A DNA stretch of 63,426 nucleotides, filler included, from Globobulimina sp. (taxonomy: Eukaryota), in the NCBI GenBank assembly GCA_003354225.1. It is 51 parts of 51 records of this genome, joined end to end, with 100 filler letters (N's around TTAATTAATTAA, not from the genome) between each part and the next. Parts side by side here need not be neighbours in the genome. Positions count along the whole stretch, not along the records: positions 36,139 to 37,283 come from PIVH01022409.1; positions 37,384 to 38,528 come from PIVH01022410.1; positions 38,629 to 39,773 come from PIVH01022411.1; positions 39,874 to 41,018 come from PIVH01022412.1; positions 41,119 to 42,263 come from PIVH01022413.1; positions 42,364 to 43,508 come from PIVH01022414.1; positions 43,609 to 44,753 come from PIVH01022415.1; positions 44,854 to 45,998 come from PIVH01022416.1; 43 more parts are not named here. One strand, written 5' to 3'. The position numbers and the translations under genes are program-made. The notes under the pieces are model-generated. The model saw only the letters and a program-made list of their open reading frames with translations, had not been told where the DNA came from and made no database searches. Shown here piece by piece: positions 36,139 to 48,596 of the stretch (position 1 is the first letter of the stretch; each line of letters starts with the position of its first letter).

Positions 36139-37283
36139 TTTTATTTTGATGTTTAACCGTTATTTTGATCGCTAACCAATAATCAGCCAAAATCCACGCA
36201 AATAGCAATGATGGAAATGGATAATTTTCTTTCGATTTGACAGTTTCAAAATTCTTTTTATAAATTAAATAATAAATATAGACGGATTTTGCATACAATT
36301 TATCACTTTCAATGTGAAGGTCACACATTAATTTCTGTCGATAATGCAATAGCATATCATGCATTATTTTCGATAAAACAATGTTCTGCGAATATTCTTC
36401 ATTGCGACCACACAAAAACTGTTTGCGTTTTAATAATAATAAATTATATTCGTTCCAATCCATTAATGAGATTTGCTTTGTTTTTAAATCCAATAATTTG
36501 TAGGTTAATAATTCACATTCATTTATAATTCCATATTGCTTACATTTTAAAAATAAATCAAATTCAAACGCAGCTAATAAATCAAATATTTCTCGCTCAA
36601 ATTCGCCAAAATATTTCCCCCAATCTCCGCCTCCATTTTTCAAATTATTCTCCAATTCCGACATCAAATCAAAATCACATATTTCATCCCCATTGGCTCG
36701 ATATCGACGAATAATATCATTTTCTTCATTTAATACAACATCATAACCCAATGTACGCGACGATAATTTCGCTTTTTTGTATTTCTCGTCAATAATCCTC
36801 TTAATATGTTTCATAATGGATTGACTTTCATATTTTTTTTTATTGAGAATTTCCGCATTATTCAACTGTTTTGATTTATTAATTTCTGGCTCTGTTCCAT
36901 TATGATTATGATAATCATCATCGTCATCATCCTCTTCCTCTTCCTCTTCCATTTCATTCTGATTAATATTATTTTTATTATTATGATTTGCTTCTTTTTG
37001 ATTGATAATATGAATAAAATCCGGTTTGGGGAAATCATTACATTCCGCATGGTAATTTTCATCATATTCATCATTCATTTTGTTACTCTTTTCATGATCC
37101 ATCAAAATTTGTTTTTTATCAAAAACGGAATTTCCAATAAAACCCGGGGTTACATATAAATTATCATCGTGCATAAATAAATTAATATTTATACTATTTG
37201 CCGGCACCGGTTGTAATGGTTTGCGTTGCGCTTTTTTTTGATGTTTAACCGTTATTTTGATCGCTAACCAATAATCAGCCAAA
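36139..37283 (-). CDS. Stop-free ORF spanning the whole contig, bounded by an in-frame 48-bp direct repeat
   Basis: 36144-36191 is identical to 37236-37283 (encodes LADYWLAIKITVKHQ); the offset is 1092 nt = 364 codons. Confidence 0.7.
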
Positions 37284-37595
37284 NNNNNNNNNNNNNNNNN
37301 NNNNNNNNNNNNNNNNNNNNNNNNNNNTTAATTAATTAANNNNNNNNNNNNNNNNNNNNNNNNNNNNNNNNNNNNNNNNNNNNAAAAAAAAAATGAAAAA
37401 GGCTTAAACAAAAGCAAAGTATAAATAATTAACAAAATAAAAATGCTAAAATAAGAGAGAGAAAAAAAAAGTTCGCAATTTCGCAAAATCATTAATAATT
37501 ACTCATTAGTTTAGTGATTGAAACTGAATAATTGAAGATTATGATAATTAATGTTATTAGATATTGATAATTGATATAAGATTTATTGCATATCC

Positions 37596-38344
37596 TTATA
37601 ATAATTGACAACAGCCAGAACTTTCTTTATTGATCGGTTTCGAAGCTCCAATGTCAGTCAACTGCTTTCTTTGTGGGTTTGGTGGTGGTTGGGATTGCAT
37701 TCTGATCACATATTTATCATTAATTTGGTACGCAAATTCGCATAAAACCTAACTTATTCTTAATCTGCGCAGCCATGGTCAAGAAGGCTTGTTCCACGTT
37801 GGTGGCATTTTTGGCGGAGGTCTCCAAGAATGGAATGGTTAATTCGTCCGCAAAGGCTTTGGCTGCATCGTATTCCACCGCCCGTTTGTTGGATAAATCC
37901 GACTTATTTCCAACCAATAATTTACACACATTCTCGGACGCATATCTGTCAATTTCGAATAACCATTGTCTGACATTGTCGAATGACTCTTTGTCCGTGA
38001 TGTCATATACGATGATGATGCCATGTGCGCCGCGATAATACGACGAGGTGATGGTACGGAACCTTTCCTGGCCGGCGGTGTCCCATATTTGCAATTTGAT
38101 TGTTTTTGTGTCTAAATCCACGGTTCGAATCTTAAAATCCACGCCGATGGTACTAATGTAGGAATCCGTATAGGTGTCGTCTGCAAATCGCAACAATAAA
38201 CAGGATTTGCCCACACCTTTAATGCACAATACAGTATACAATGTGGTGAGTATATAAAGCATTATTGCAGGATGATGTGGATGTGGATGTACCTGAATCT
38301 CCTATCAATAACAATTTGAATAAATAATCATATTCTGTTGTCAT
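37596..38344 (-). CDS. RAB1: Rab1/Ypt1 small GTPase, complete; introns 38217-38292 and 37702-37753
   Basis: [55 protein letters not shown]-terminus SSGCCQLL*. Confidence 0.97.
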
Positions 38345-38628
38345 TATGATATGATGTGTTAGTGTTAGGATAAGGACAAGATTGTCTTGCTCTAGCTTGT
38401 GGCGACGGTGTAAGGATGACTATTCGAAATGTGGCTGGTTTGGTTTTTGGAAAAAAGCTAAGGTACAGTGTAGATATAAAAAAATTATCAATTATGATTT
38501 AATTATCGGTAATTATGCAATTATGATTNNNNNNNNNNNNNNNNNNNNNNNNNNNNNNNNNNNNNNNNNNNNTTAATTAATTAANNNNNNNNNNNNNNNN
38601 NNNNNNNNNNNNNNNNNNNNNNNNNNNN

Positions 38629-39619
38629 CTGCAGGGTGTTGAAGTCCATCGGCGAGAACAAGGGCTGTAACATGGACCCGCTGGAATGGGACGAGAGGAA
38701 GCGCGCCAATCAGGTGCTCAACAATGCGCAGAAGATCGGGTGTAAGCCCTTCCTGACCACCAACGACATCCTGTCCGGCAACGACAAGTTGAACATGGCG
38801 TTCGTGGCGCAGCTCTTCAACACTTGTCCGGGTTTGGCGGAGGTGGACGCCGAGGACGAGAAGGAGTTGGCGGGGCTGTTGGACGACGACGAGGAGGACT
38901 CGAGGGAGGAGCGCGCCTTCCGAATGTGGATGAACTCGTTGGGGATGAAGAACATGTACGTCAACAACCTGTACGAGGACGCGCGCAGCGGCCTGGTGTT
39001 GCTGAAGGTGATCGATAAGATCGAGCCGGGCTCGGTCAAGTGGCGCAGGAAAGTGGAGCGGAAACCGAACAACAAGTTCAAAAAGATCAACAATACCAAT
39101 TATGCGGTGGATTTGGGCAAGAAAATGAAGTTATCGCTCGTCAATATACAGGGCGGGGACATTACGGATCGGAATAAAAAGTTGATATTGGGGTTTACGT
39201 GGCAGTTAATGCGCTATCATTTGCTGAAGTTTTTGGCGTCTTTGAGCGTGGATGGACAGAAGATAACGGATAAGGACGTGATTGCGTTTTGCAACGATTC
39301 GATTAAGAAATCGAACTTGGATAAAAAGCCGCAGATTAAGTCGTTCAATGACCCGAGCATTGGCAGTGGAGTGTATTTTATTTATTTGGTGGCGAGCATT
39401 GAGCCGGATATTTGTAATTGGGATTTGGTGACGGCAGGGAGCGATGATGAGGATCGCAAATTGAATGCGAAGTATGCCATTTCTTTGGCGCGGAAAATGG
39501 GAGCGGTTAGCTTTTTGTTGCCGGAGGATATCGTTGAAGTGCGGAGTAAAATGTGTATGACTTTTTGTGCTGCGGTGATGGCTGAAGCTTATAAAAGATC
39601 TGGCAAATTAAAAAAATAA
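38629..39619 (+). CDS. Fimbrin/plastin (CH2-CH4 domains), C-terminal part
   Basis: KLNMAFVAQLFNTCPGL, SREERAFRMWMNSLG, KLILGFTWQLMR, LNAKYAISLARKMGA. Confidence 0.95.
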
Positions 39620-40055
39620 TGTAAGTTTGTTTTAAGACTTGTTAATATTTTTTGTAATTCTTAAATAGTACTTAATAGGTTGTGGTATATTGACATATGA
39701 TACCCCCCTATAACTGAAAACCTCTTTGTATTAATTATATCTAAGTACTTACTTACTTACCTAGACATCCCTTNNNNNNNNNNNNNNNNNNNNNNNNNNN
39801 NNNNNNNNNNNNNNNNNTTAATTAATTAANNNNNNNNNNNNNNNNNNNNNNNNNNNNNNNNNNNNNNNNNNNNACCAACAATTATTGTGATGGCTATGAC
39901 AATCCAACATTTTTGGTTTTTTAATAGTAATACAGTAGATTTATTTTTGTAGTCAGTTTCTTCAACCAATGGTGTATGATCAGTGTCTATGTTCAACGCC
40001 ATCGTCACTAAACTGAGTGTTTTTGAAGTTATTAGTTATTAAGTTTTCGAGAAGA

Positions 40056-41018
40056 ATGAGATCCTCTGCAAGAACAAGGTCCAAATCAGAGGTCAATCTC
40101 AAACATATGATCAATCAATGTATAAAATGCAAAGATTTTATACTTTTGAAAGAAATTGGGACAAAACATGGCTTTCCAACATCTATCGATAGACTAAAAT
40201 GTTACTCCATATTGTTAGGATGTGGAGGGTTGGATGTCTATGACGAACAGGGAAAAGGTAAAAGCGATAAATTTGAAGGTGATGAGTATAAAAAATGTGC
40301 GTATTCCAAACTTATTGAACTGGATTCAGGACGCAATGCCTACCCTCATTGGAGTTGTACTAAACAATTTTCTGATTTACAAAAAAAATATGATTTGAAA
40401 CGAATAACATATTTTGTAAATGTTGTATTTGATGGGCATCGCGAATTTAATTACATGCAATCATTTGATTCTGTATTTGCAGTATTTTACTTAATTGCAA
40501 ATGGCAATTTATATATTGCAGAAAGAATGATTGTATCTTATTTACATATTTTCAGATCTGATTTGTCTTTAAATGCAAATGGTTTCGGTTATTTAACATC
40601 AAAAACAAACGGATTATGGCCTTTACTGAAGAAATATGATAATAATTATTGTAAATGGTTAAAAACAATGACATTTGGGGGAGAGGAAGATATCTCATTT
40701 GTTATGGAATGGTACATTTCATGGTTTGCACATTCCTCAATTACCGATTTTAAGCTTATTTTACGTATTTGGGATTTTATGATAAGTACTCAAACTCAAC
40801 AGATTGGATTGTATATGGTTATTGCCGTATTATTAGCTAATAAACAAGAATTAATTGCAAATGTTTCTGATTTTTCCGAGTTGATCAGCTTTATAAGAAA
40901 TAATATTCAATTTAATACAATTTCTGTTGAAAGAATGATTGATAAATGTTATGAGATCATGTTAAATGAAATTAAAGATCAAGCAAAAAGGAAATCGTGG
41001 AAAATAAAAACATGGAAT
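40056..41018 (+). CDS. TBC-domain Rab GTPase-activating protein
   Basis: IELDSGR (IxxDxxR), YMQSF (YxQ), ILRIWDF. Confidence 0.8.
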
Positions 41019-41132
41019 NNNNNNNNNNNNNNNNNNNNNNNNNNNNNNNNNNNNNNNNNNNNTTAATTAATTAANNNNNNNNNNNNNNNNNNNNNNNNNN
41101 NNNNNNNNNNNNNNNNNNAATACATAATTAAG

Positions 41133-42149
41133 ATGATGCGGTCAGTATTCTCCATCATTTTGTTGAATGGGGTTGTAAATGGGCAACAACAATTGTATGC
41201 TGTCGAATTATATTCAATGAGTTCAAGCCCAGTGATCAGTGTTGTAAACGAGAAAGGAAAAGGATATTCACCCTGCAATTATACATTCAACCCATCATAT
41301 GTCCCAATCTCAAATCTGTCAAAGGATACAATGTCTGGAGGTGTCTTACTTCGCACAAACCAATGTCCGAGTTCTTGGGGAGATTCGTCTGAACATATAA
41401 TGTATGCAAAGTGTGATTTACTGACTGGGATTTGTGGTGATTTGATCAACAACATAGTTGTTGCTAAAAACAGTGAGGATCCGCGTGTTATATATGACGA
41501 ATCCAGCAAAACCTATTATAATTTTTATTGGGCAAATAATCCGCCTGATAATTACGGACAATATACAGTTGATTTCGCATCAAATAATGTGGATCCGTAC
41601 AGTCAAAATGATTGGAAACTATTAAATATACTTGAATGGCACAGAAATGGCTGTTTAATAATCCGCGACAAGCCGCCTCATTATGTGATATTTGGCGAAA
41701 GTGGACCTTTACCCGGCTTAGGAATGGCAATTACATACAATTTAATTAATTTCACAGTGATTAATGATACATTTTTAGTGCCTGATCCAGCACAAAATGA
41801 GGTAGTAATCGAGGCGGGATCGCCTCCAGTGTTGATACCAAAGACTGGCGATTATTTCCATTTATATGCAGCAGGCACAACGGGATGGGTAGCAAACGGC
41901 AACTATACCTCTGGCTATTTGATACTGGATAAAGACGATCCAAATATGATTATACAAAAATCATTGCAACACATATTAGTGTCAACCTATCCGTATCAGA
42001 TTGGAATGGGAGCGCCTTATCCGTGTCAGAGAAACCGCACCATTTTTGCTCCGACAGTGGTTGGTTTACCAAATTCATTTGCAAATGATACAAATGTTTG
42101 GGATTATTTTAGAGTATGGTTTGGTGCTTGCGATGCAAGTGTTGCGTAG
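41133..42149 (+). CDS. Secreted five-bladed beta-propeller glycosidase (GH130/DUF377-like)
   Basis: Signal peptide, SEDPRVIY, EAGSPPV, ILDKDDP, FGACD. Confidence 0.7.
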   Translation: MMRSVFSIILLNGVVNGQQQLYAVELYSMSSSPVISVVNEKGKGYSPCNYTFNPSYVPISNLSKDTMSGGVLLRTNQCPSSWGDSSEHIMYAKCDLLTGICGDLINNIVVAKNSEDPRVIYDESSKTYYNFYWANNPPDNYGQYTVDFASNNVDPYSQNDWKLLNILEWHRNGCLIIRDKPPHYVIFGESGPLPGLGMAITYNLINFTVINDTFLVPDPAQNEVVIEAGSPPVLIPKTGDYFHLYAAGTTGWVANGNYTSGYLILDKDDPNMIIQKSLQHILVSTYPYQIGMGAPYPCQRNRTIFAPTVVGLPNSFANDTNVWDYFRVWFGACDASVA

Positions 42150-42363
42150 TGTTGATAGGTGGTGAAAACACCCATTTGACACGTGTGCGTTAGAACCAAA
42201 TTAGAAACACGTTGCAGTTATCACGCTGTCGTGACAACTGGTGTTTGTAATTATTTTGTATACNNNNNNNNNNNNNNNNNNNNNNNNNNNNNNNNNNNNN
42301 NNNNNNNTTAATTAATTAANNNNNNNNNNNNNNNNNNNNNNNNNNNNNNNNNNNNNNNNNNNN

Positions 42364-43408
42364 GGAATTTAAAATACAATGAAAATATTCCCTTTTCAAA
42401 TCTGCATCGAAATCCCCGTCGATGCGACGGCTCCCATTCGTTATTCACAATTTTAAAAGCAATGTCCTGATACGGCGGACCGGAGTGAAATATCAATATC
42501 GCATATTCCGAACTGTCTTTCTCATACAACTTATACGTCGGCGCTTCCATCGCATCAATCAAATCCGGATAAAATATGTTGAACTTGTACCCCTGCACAA
42601 TTTTAGGAGGCGGATTATCCGGATCGTAATGAGTTTGATTATATTTATTCCACGAATACCCAGTCTTGACTCTGTTGAAATATCTGGGTTTACGCGGCCG
42701 ATACTTGTCGTGCCACCAATACGTTTTCCTCAATGACGAAGGTATTGTTTCCTCGCTTTTATTGTACGAATGTTCCCCTTCATTCATATCACGCGATGCC
42801 TCATAATCATACATTTTTTTTTCGCGCTCAACATCAATAATAAGCTCTTTTTCTTTCTTTTTTGTTTTATTTTCTTTTTTTTTCGTTTTTTCCTTCTCAA
42901 ACCGCGCCATACTTTGCTTTAGAACTTTCATGCGAACATCCTCGATTTGCTCCCAATCCTCATCGAAGTCAATGGCTTTTTCTTTATATATATTATACAT
43001 CGAATGCGATTCATCAATCATTGGGATATCGTCATCGTTAATCTCTTCCTGCGCAAATAGCTCAGGAATGGAAAATAACACTTCCTCTGACTTTTTATTC
43101 TCTTCTTTCTTATTCTTCGTTATCTGCAATGTTTTTATATATTTTTTATATGCGCGGAGCATAAATGCCTTCGCTTTGCATATTTTCGCGATTTTTAGCG
43201 CCAAGGTCCAATAATTTACATCCACGGAGATGTTGGCGTATCTTTCGTCGATTTCCTTGGCTCTGCCACTCACCATTTTGCTGCATAAGTCTTCAAATTG
43301 CAATAATTGCTCATAAGTCTGCGTGGAGAGGTTCTCTCTCTCGATGCCGTCCATAATGTTCATGTCCGCAGTGTCTCCGCCGGCGACTGAATGAGACAGC
43401 GTTTTCAA
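42364..43408 (-). CDS. CACTIN: Cactin, central/C-terminal part
   Basis: WHDKYRPRKPRYFNRVKTGYSWNKYNQTHYDPDNPPPKIVQGYKFNIFYPDLID. Confidence 0.96.
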
Positions 43409-43608
43409 TCAAATTGCATTTATCAAACACGTATTGAGTGTATAACAGAGCCATGTTACAATAATTTATTTCCGTCTCATTGCTTCCAATTAAATTGTCA
43501 GAAATAAANNNNNNNNNNNNNNNNNNNNNNNNNNNNNNNNNNNNNNNNNNNNTTAATTAATTAANNNNNNNNNNNNNNNNNNNNNNNNNNNNNNNNNNNN
43601 NNNNNNNN

Positions 43609-44753
43609 TGACATCATTCAACAGTACGCCTTCCCTTTGTGCCAATTGCAATTCTTTTATTTCCTTAAATGTAATCAATATGGTCTTGGGACATTTTATT
43701 TGCATATTATTGACAGCGATATTTGCATTGTTTATGGTGTTATAAACATACCATCGATCTTGACATAAAACGCCCAATGATGGCTCATCCGAAATATACG
43801 TCAAATGTTTGTCATTCATTTTTTCATCCATATCACATTCAATATTAATATTTGTATGCAGTGTTTTTAAATATTTTAACGCATTTTGCAAATGTTTATC
43901 TATTTCCACATCAAATTTGGCGTTAAAATAATACCAATTTAATTTATGTAATATAATATCAAATGGTCCCTGCAAAGCGATCTCTTTTTGTGTGCCGGTC
44001 ACATCAATTGCTTTATAAATAATATCTTTTCTGTACTCCATAATCTCAAACAATCGCATTCTGCGGAACTTGGCAATCTTTTCCGGCCGTAATAACACGC
44101 CGATCACTAAAGCTCTCCATGCAAACACATTAAAATCAGATACTTTTATAACTCCATCAATGCCCGCTAACGTCTTTAAAATGGCTACAAAATCACAGTA
44201 ATCCTTTAATACATAATCCGGAGTATTATAATTGGCATGAAATGCATTAAAAATATTCAAAAAATGGTCAGAATATGCTCCTAAATATGTTCCCTTCCGC
44301 ATGCGAAAGGGATTTATTTCTCTCTTTTTTTGTAACTTATATTTAATATCATGTCTATTGTACAAATTGCAATGAATGGTTCTTAATCCTAAATATCTGC
44401 CGACTTGAATGTCAGTGTGCAACTTATCGCCGACAAATATAATCTCTTCACGTACGATGTTATAATCGCGTTTCCATTTAGTTAATATGGGTAAAACCAG
44501 CCGGATGTCGGGCTTTCTTTTGCCAATTTCCGCAGATATCATTATAATATCAAAATAATCGGATGTGTTATCAGAATTTAATAGTTTATGTTTCTTTAAT
44601 AGTTCTCTTAAGCGCGAGGCACAGCGGTCGTTGCTACAAATTGCGGATTTTATGCCGTATTTATCACGTAATTCAGTTATAGTTTGAACTACGTTTGGTA
44701 TTAATTTGGCATTGTTGACCCGCGGAGTTCTATAAACTTTAATTGCGTCATCA
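43609..44753 (-). CDS. HAD-superfamily hydrolase domain fused to an inositol 1,3,4-trisphosphate 5/6-kinase (ITPK1-like) N-terminal domain, partial
   Basis: SAEIGKRKPD and FVGDKLHTDI (HAD motifs III/IV), then QGPFDIILHKL and DRW...CPK (ITPK). Confidence 0.7.
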
Positions 44754-44923
44754 NNNNNNNNNNNNNNNNNNNNNNNNNNNNNNNNNNNNNNNNNNNNTTA
44801 ATTAATTAANNNNNNNNNNNNNNNNNNNNNNNNNNNNNNNNNNNNNNNNNNNNAAAATATTTAGAGAAACTTTTTTAATTCAAATAAATACATCTAGTTG
44901 CTAGTTGTCATTACAAAACTCCT

Positions 44924-45998
44924 TTATAGAAATAAGCACTTCGTTAGCTTATTACCCAGGAGGATAAATAAAGACATTATATTAACTTTATATTTGTTTC
45001 TAGTGCCATGCAAATATGCCAATATCACAACAAATCCAAATATAAAACATATCATACATCCAACAATAATAAATGTCGTAAATGTCAATCTATTGTCCAT
45101 GTGTTTTGTCGCATTTCTTTCAATCTGTACTGTTGTCGCAATGGTTGGATAATTACTTTGTGAAATTATCGGTGAAATTGTCGGTGGAATTATCGGTAAA
45201 ATTGTCGGTGAAATTGTTTTCTGATTAGCAATAACTGTTAAATTGACAATTTGTATCAAATCAGTTACATTATTTTCTACCATTCCTCCAAATATCCACA
45301 ACTGATCCAAAATAACCACAGCCGGTGCCCCACTAACACCAAATTCTAAATCCATTGTACTTAAAATCTCTTGACTTTTCACTGAAAATATATCGACAGT
45401 TTTCAATTTATTTCCATTTTCATCATTACCACCAATTAAATAAATAATATCATATTTTGAATGATAAGCAGCGTGGCCCTCACTTGATTTTACAGATTTA
45501 TATCCGATATGTGTCCATTTTTCAATCATCGTGTCATATTTTAAAATATCATTCATTGAATATCCAATACCGTTTTTACCGCCAAATATAAACAAATATA
45601 CGTCAACCATTGTACAATATTGATAGGCCCAGCCACCAATAATATTAATTGCAATGGTATCATTTGGTAAATCTTTAATGCTCCATTCCATTGTATTTAA
45701 ATTTATAATTTGCATTTTTTGATAATATGTACCATAATTATTAATATCTTGCATAACTCCACCAATCATAAAAATATGTGTACCATTTGTGTCAACGCAA
45801 CCAAATCTAATTTCTGTTGGAATAGTTGTATTTAAATAGGACCACGATTTTGGACAATATGAGCTCATATTAAATATTGGGATTAGATTATATTTGTGAG
45901 CATATTGGTTGGGACCAGGCGATGCAACGCCAGCGAAATAAACTAAATCATTAATTATTGCGGTTGCTTTAATGGGTGTTTCTATTTTAATTTCTCCC
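44924..45998 (-). CDS. Kelch-repeat type I membrane protein, partial
   Basis: Repeated IFMIGG/LFIFGG/IYLIGG/LWIFGG, a PT stalk and a TM helix. Confidence 0.85.
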
Positions 45999-46098
45999 NN
46001 NNNNNNNNNNNNNNNNNNNNNNNNNNNNNNNNNNNNNNNNNNTTAATTAATTAANNNNNNNNNNNNNNNNNNNNNNNNNNNNNNNNNNNNNNNNNNNN

Positions 46099-46781
46099 GG
46101 TTTACATTTAAAGGAATGACATTCCAATGTGATGGTAGCTCATTGTATGGGATAGGATCCAACGGAATAATGTATAGCATAGATATAACAAATGGAGACT
46201 ATGCAACGTATGCTCTCTCATCAAATGATTGTGGGACTCAGTCGAATGTTACTGGCTGTACAGAGAGCATAACATTCAATTGGGACAATGAGAAACTATA
46301 TAGAATCAGTGATGGATCCGGATTATCGCGAACGTTATTTATCAGAGAAGGTGGTGGCGCAGAAACAAGTATCGGACTCCCTCGCGGTGCCTGCAATGAC
46401 TCTGGAAATTCAGTTATCAGCGGTTTGGAGTATATTGGCAATGGCTTATTTTATGTAGTATGTAATGGGTTGAATGACGGAGATGTTGGCATTCGATTGT
46501 TGGATATCAGCGATATGAATAATATCACATTGACGGATTTAGATGGAACACTTAATGGTGCCCTGGATTTTAACGGCAGAATATCCACAATATTGCCATA
46601 TTTAGCAGACAGTGTTTGTGTTCCTGGAAATTGCTTAACAAACGAACCAACAATGAAACCAACAATGAAATTGCTTAACAAACGGTCAGAGAGTTCAGAG
46701 ATCAGTTCAGAAAGTTCAGATAGTTCAGGTTCTGGAGATGGAGATATTGCAATGTTATTTTATATATTCTCTGTGGTATAA
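46099..46781 (+). CDS. Extracellular beta-propeller-like protein with PT stalk, partial; probably spliced to a TM exon near 46823-47008
   Basis: Blade-like repeats and EPTMKPTM; a downstream hydrophobic exon follows an AG. Confidence 0.5.
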
Positions 46782-47369
46782 ATTACAAATAAATATAAAT
46801 ATTAACATAAAATATTTCAAAGGGCGTTATTTGAAGGAAATATAAAATATGAAGAATATGAAGAAGATAAAGATGTTGGTCATTGGTCAATGGCCAATAT
46901 TATCTACGGAATGATCGCGATATTTTTAATCATCAATATTTCTTTATTTATTTGCTATTATTATCGAAACACGGCACATATTGAACGTGTTGGAAATATG
47001 AAAATATGATATTCTTTATTTGTTATTATATTAAAAACAGAAAGGTTTATCATGACTTTTTTCCTCATGCTTTTTTCCCTTTTATTTTAATAGTACATTT
47101 ATTTTTCAATAAAAATCAACATATTTCATCATCTTTGCACAACATGGCTCTTTGCACAGAACACAGTCAACAGAAACGAAATCATAGTCAGCAGACACCA
47201 GTATTACAAGCTGTTTAATTTGGATATGGAATGGATATGGCATNNNNNNNNNNNNNNNNNNNNNNNNNNNNNNNNNNNNNNNNNNNNTTAATTAATTAAN
47301 NNNNNNNNNNNNNNNNNNNNNNNNNNNNNNNNNNNNNNNNNNNTATATCACCAATATCTACACTCCATT

Positions 47370-48488
47370 CTAAGTCATTAAAAGGGTCAAATTCCCAAAT
47401 TCTTGCATCATTCGCTTTGATAGTCTCCAATCCATTAATTGCACATTGCTGAATTGATACGGATCTCTGCCCAATAATTTGAGCATAACGACTTCCAATC
47501 TCTGCCCAAAAATGGTTGGTGTCTTCCAATTGTCGCATCGGTCATGTTTGCCAGTGTACCCTTCACCGCAACGTGGACATTGCGTCAATTTGTATAGTTT
47601 GCGAATGCGCGCTTGTTCCGATATCGATTTATGTCCCCACTGATTAAGCAAAGCTCGGTCTTGGATCGCAACTTTCTCTGCAAATAGCGCGCAAGCTCGG
47701 CCTCCGCAATTCGGGTCCATCACAGCATGAGTATGACACCAACCATACACCGATTTTATCACAAAATATATGTTCGATGGAGAAGCTTCAGTGATATTGA
47801 GGGCGCCTGCCGAGGAATTGATTTTATTGCTATGTAGCATCAATCTGATATCATGCATGAAACCAACCGTATCATCCGGGTCAATGCCGACTAATATCCA
47901 TTTGTTTGCATCTCTGAGCCTCGCGAGCCGTACATGCGCGTCGCAATCGCCCTTATTAGCGTCCATCCAATTGTCTAAAACCACATTATCCAAAGTGATG
48001 AATAATGATTTGCAAATTTCATCGATTTTGTTATCAAAGTCAAAGGGAAAAATACTTGAAGGATGCGAGAAATGCGCACCTTTTAACTTGGTATCTAACG
48101 AATATTCACAGATTGACACATCACGGATTAATTTCTGCGTCACCTCAACATTGCTCATTTTCAAGATAAAATCGTCCGGCTTCAACTCAGGCACTCTCAA
48201 TAAAGCCATCAGTCCACGTAAATCAATAACGGTATCAAAGTCACCGATTTCTGAGCGCATAATGCAAGCCGCTCCGTACAAAGTGTTCATTAATTTGTTG
48301 TTGTATCCATTTACGATTTGTTGCCGTAATCTGTCCTCATTCACGTCGCGTAATGGCACTCGGCCACCGGGTTTTGACTGGATTTGTATCGCTGTGTCGG
48401 ACCATCTAAAGCGTGGCGGCAGTAATGTTACGTTGATCGGCATGTTCTTGTGTGACATCACGGCGTTCATAGCGGTGCCAGGGACTAT
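47370..48488 (-). CDS. Gag-like protein with zinc knuckle, overlapped by a second ORF (47538 to contig end) in the -1 frame
   Basis: CPRCGEGYTGKHDRC knuckle, a second CH-H-C-C cluster, no introns, 169-nt overlap. Confidence 0.5.
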   Translation of the reverse strand: MVPGTAMNAVMSHKNMPINVTLLPPRFRWSDTAIQIQSKPGGRVPLRDVNEDRLRQQIVNGYNNKLMNTLYGAACIMRSEIGDFDTVIDLRGLMALLRVPELKPDDFILKMSNVEVTQKLIRDVSICEYSLDTKLKGAHFSHPSSIFPFDFDNKIDEICKSLFITLDNVVLDNWMDANKGDCDAHVRLARLRDANKWILVGIDPDDTVGFMHDIRLMLHSNKINSSAGALNITEASPSNIYFVIKSVYGWCHTHAVMDPNCGGRACALFAEKVAIQDRALLNQWGHKSISEQARIRKLYKLTQCPRCGEGYTGKHDRCDNWKTPTIFGQRLEVVMLKLLGRDPYQFSNVQLMDWRLSKRMMQEFGNLTLLMT

Positions 48489-48596
48489 NNNNNNNNNNNN
48501 NNNNNNNNNNNNNNNNNNNNNNNNNNNNNNNNTTAATTAATTAANNNNNNNNNNNNNNNNNNNNNNNNNNNNNNNNNNNNNNNNNNNNTGTTTTTC

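Noticed and set aside
47770-48540. 256-aa antisense ORF and similar shadow ORFs (12006-12413, 33777-34367, 38710-39099)
   Set aside because: They are the reverse complement of better-supported coding frames and have no motifs.
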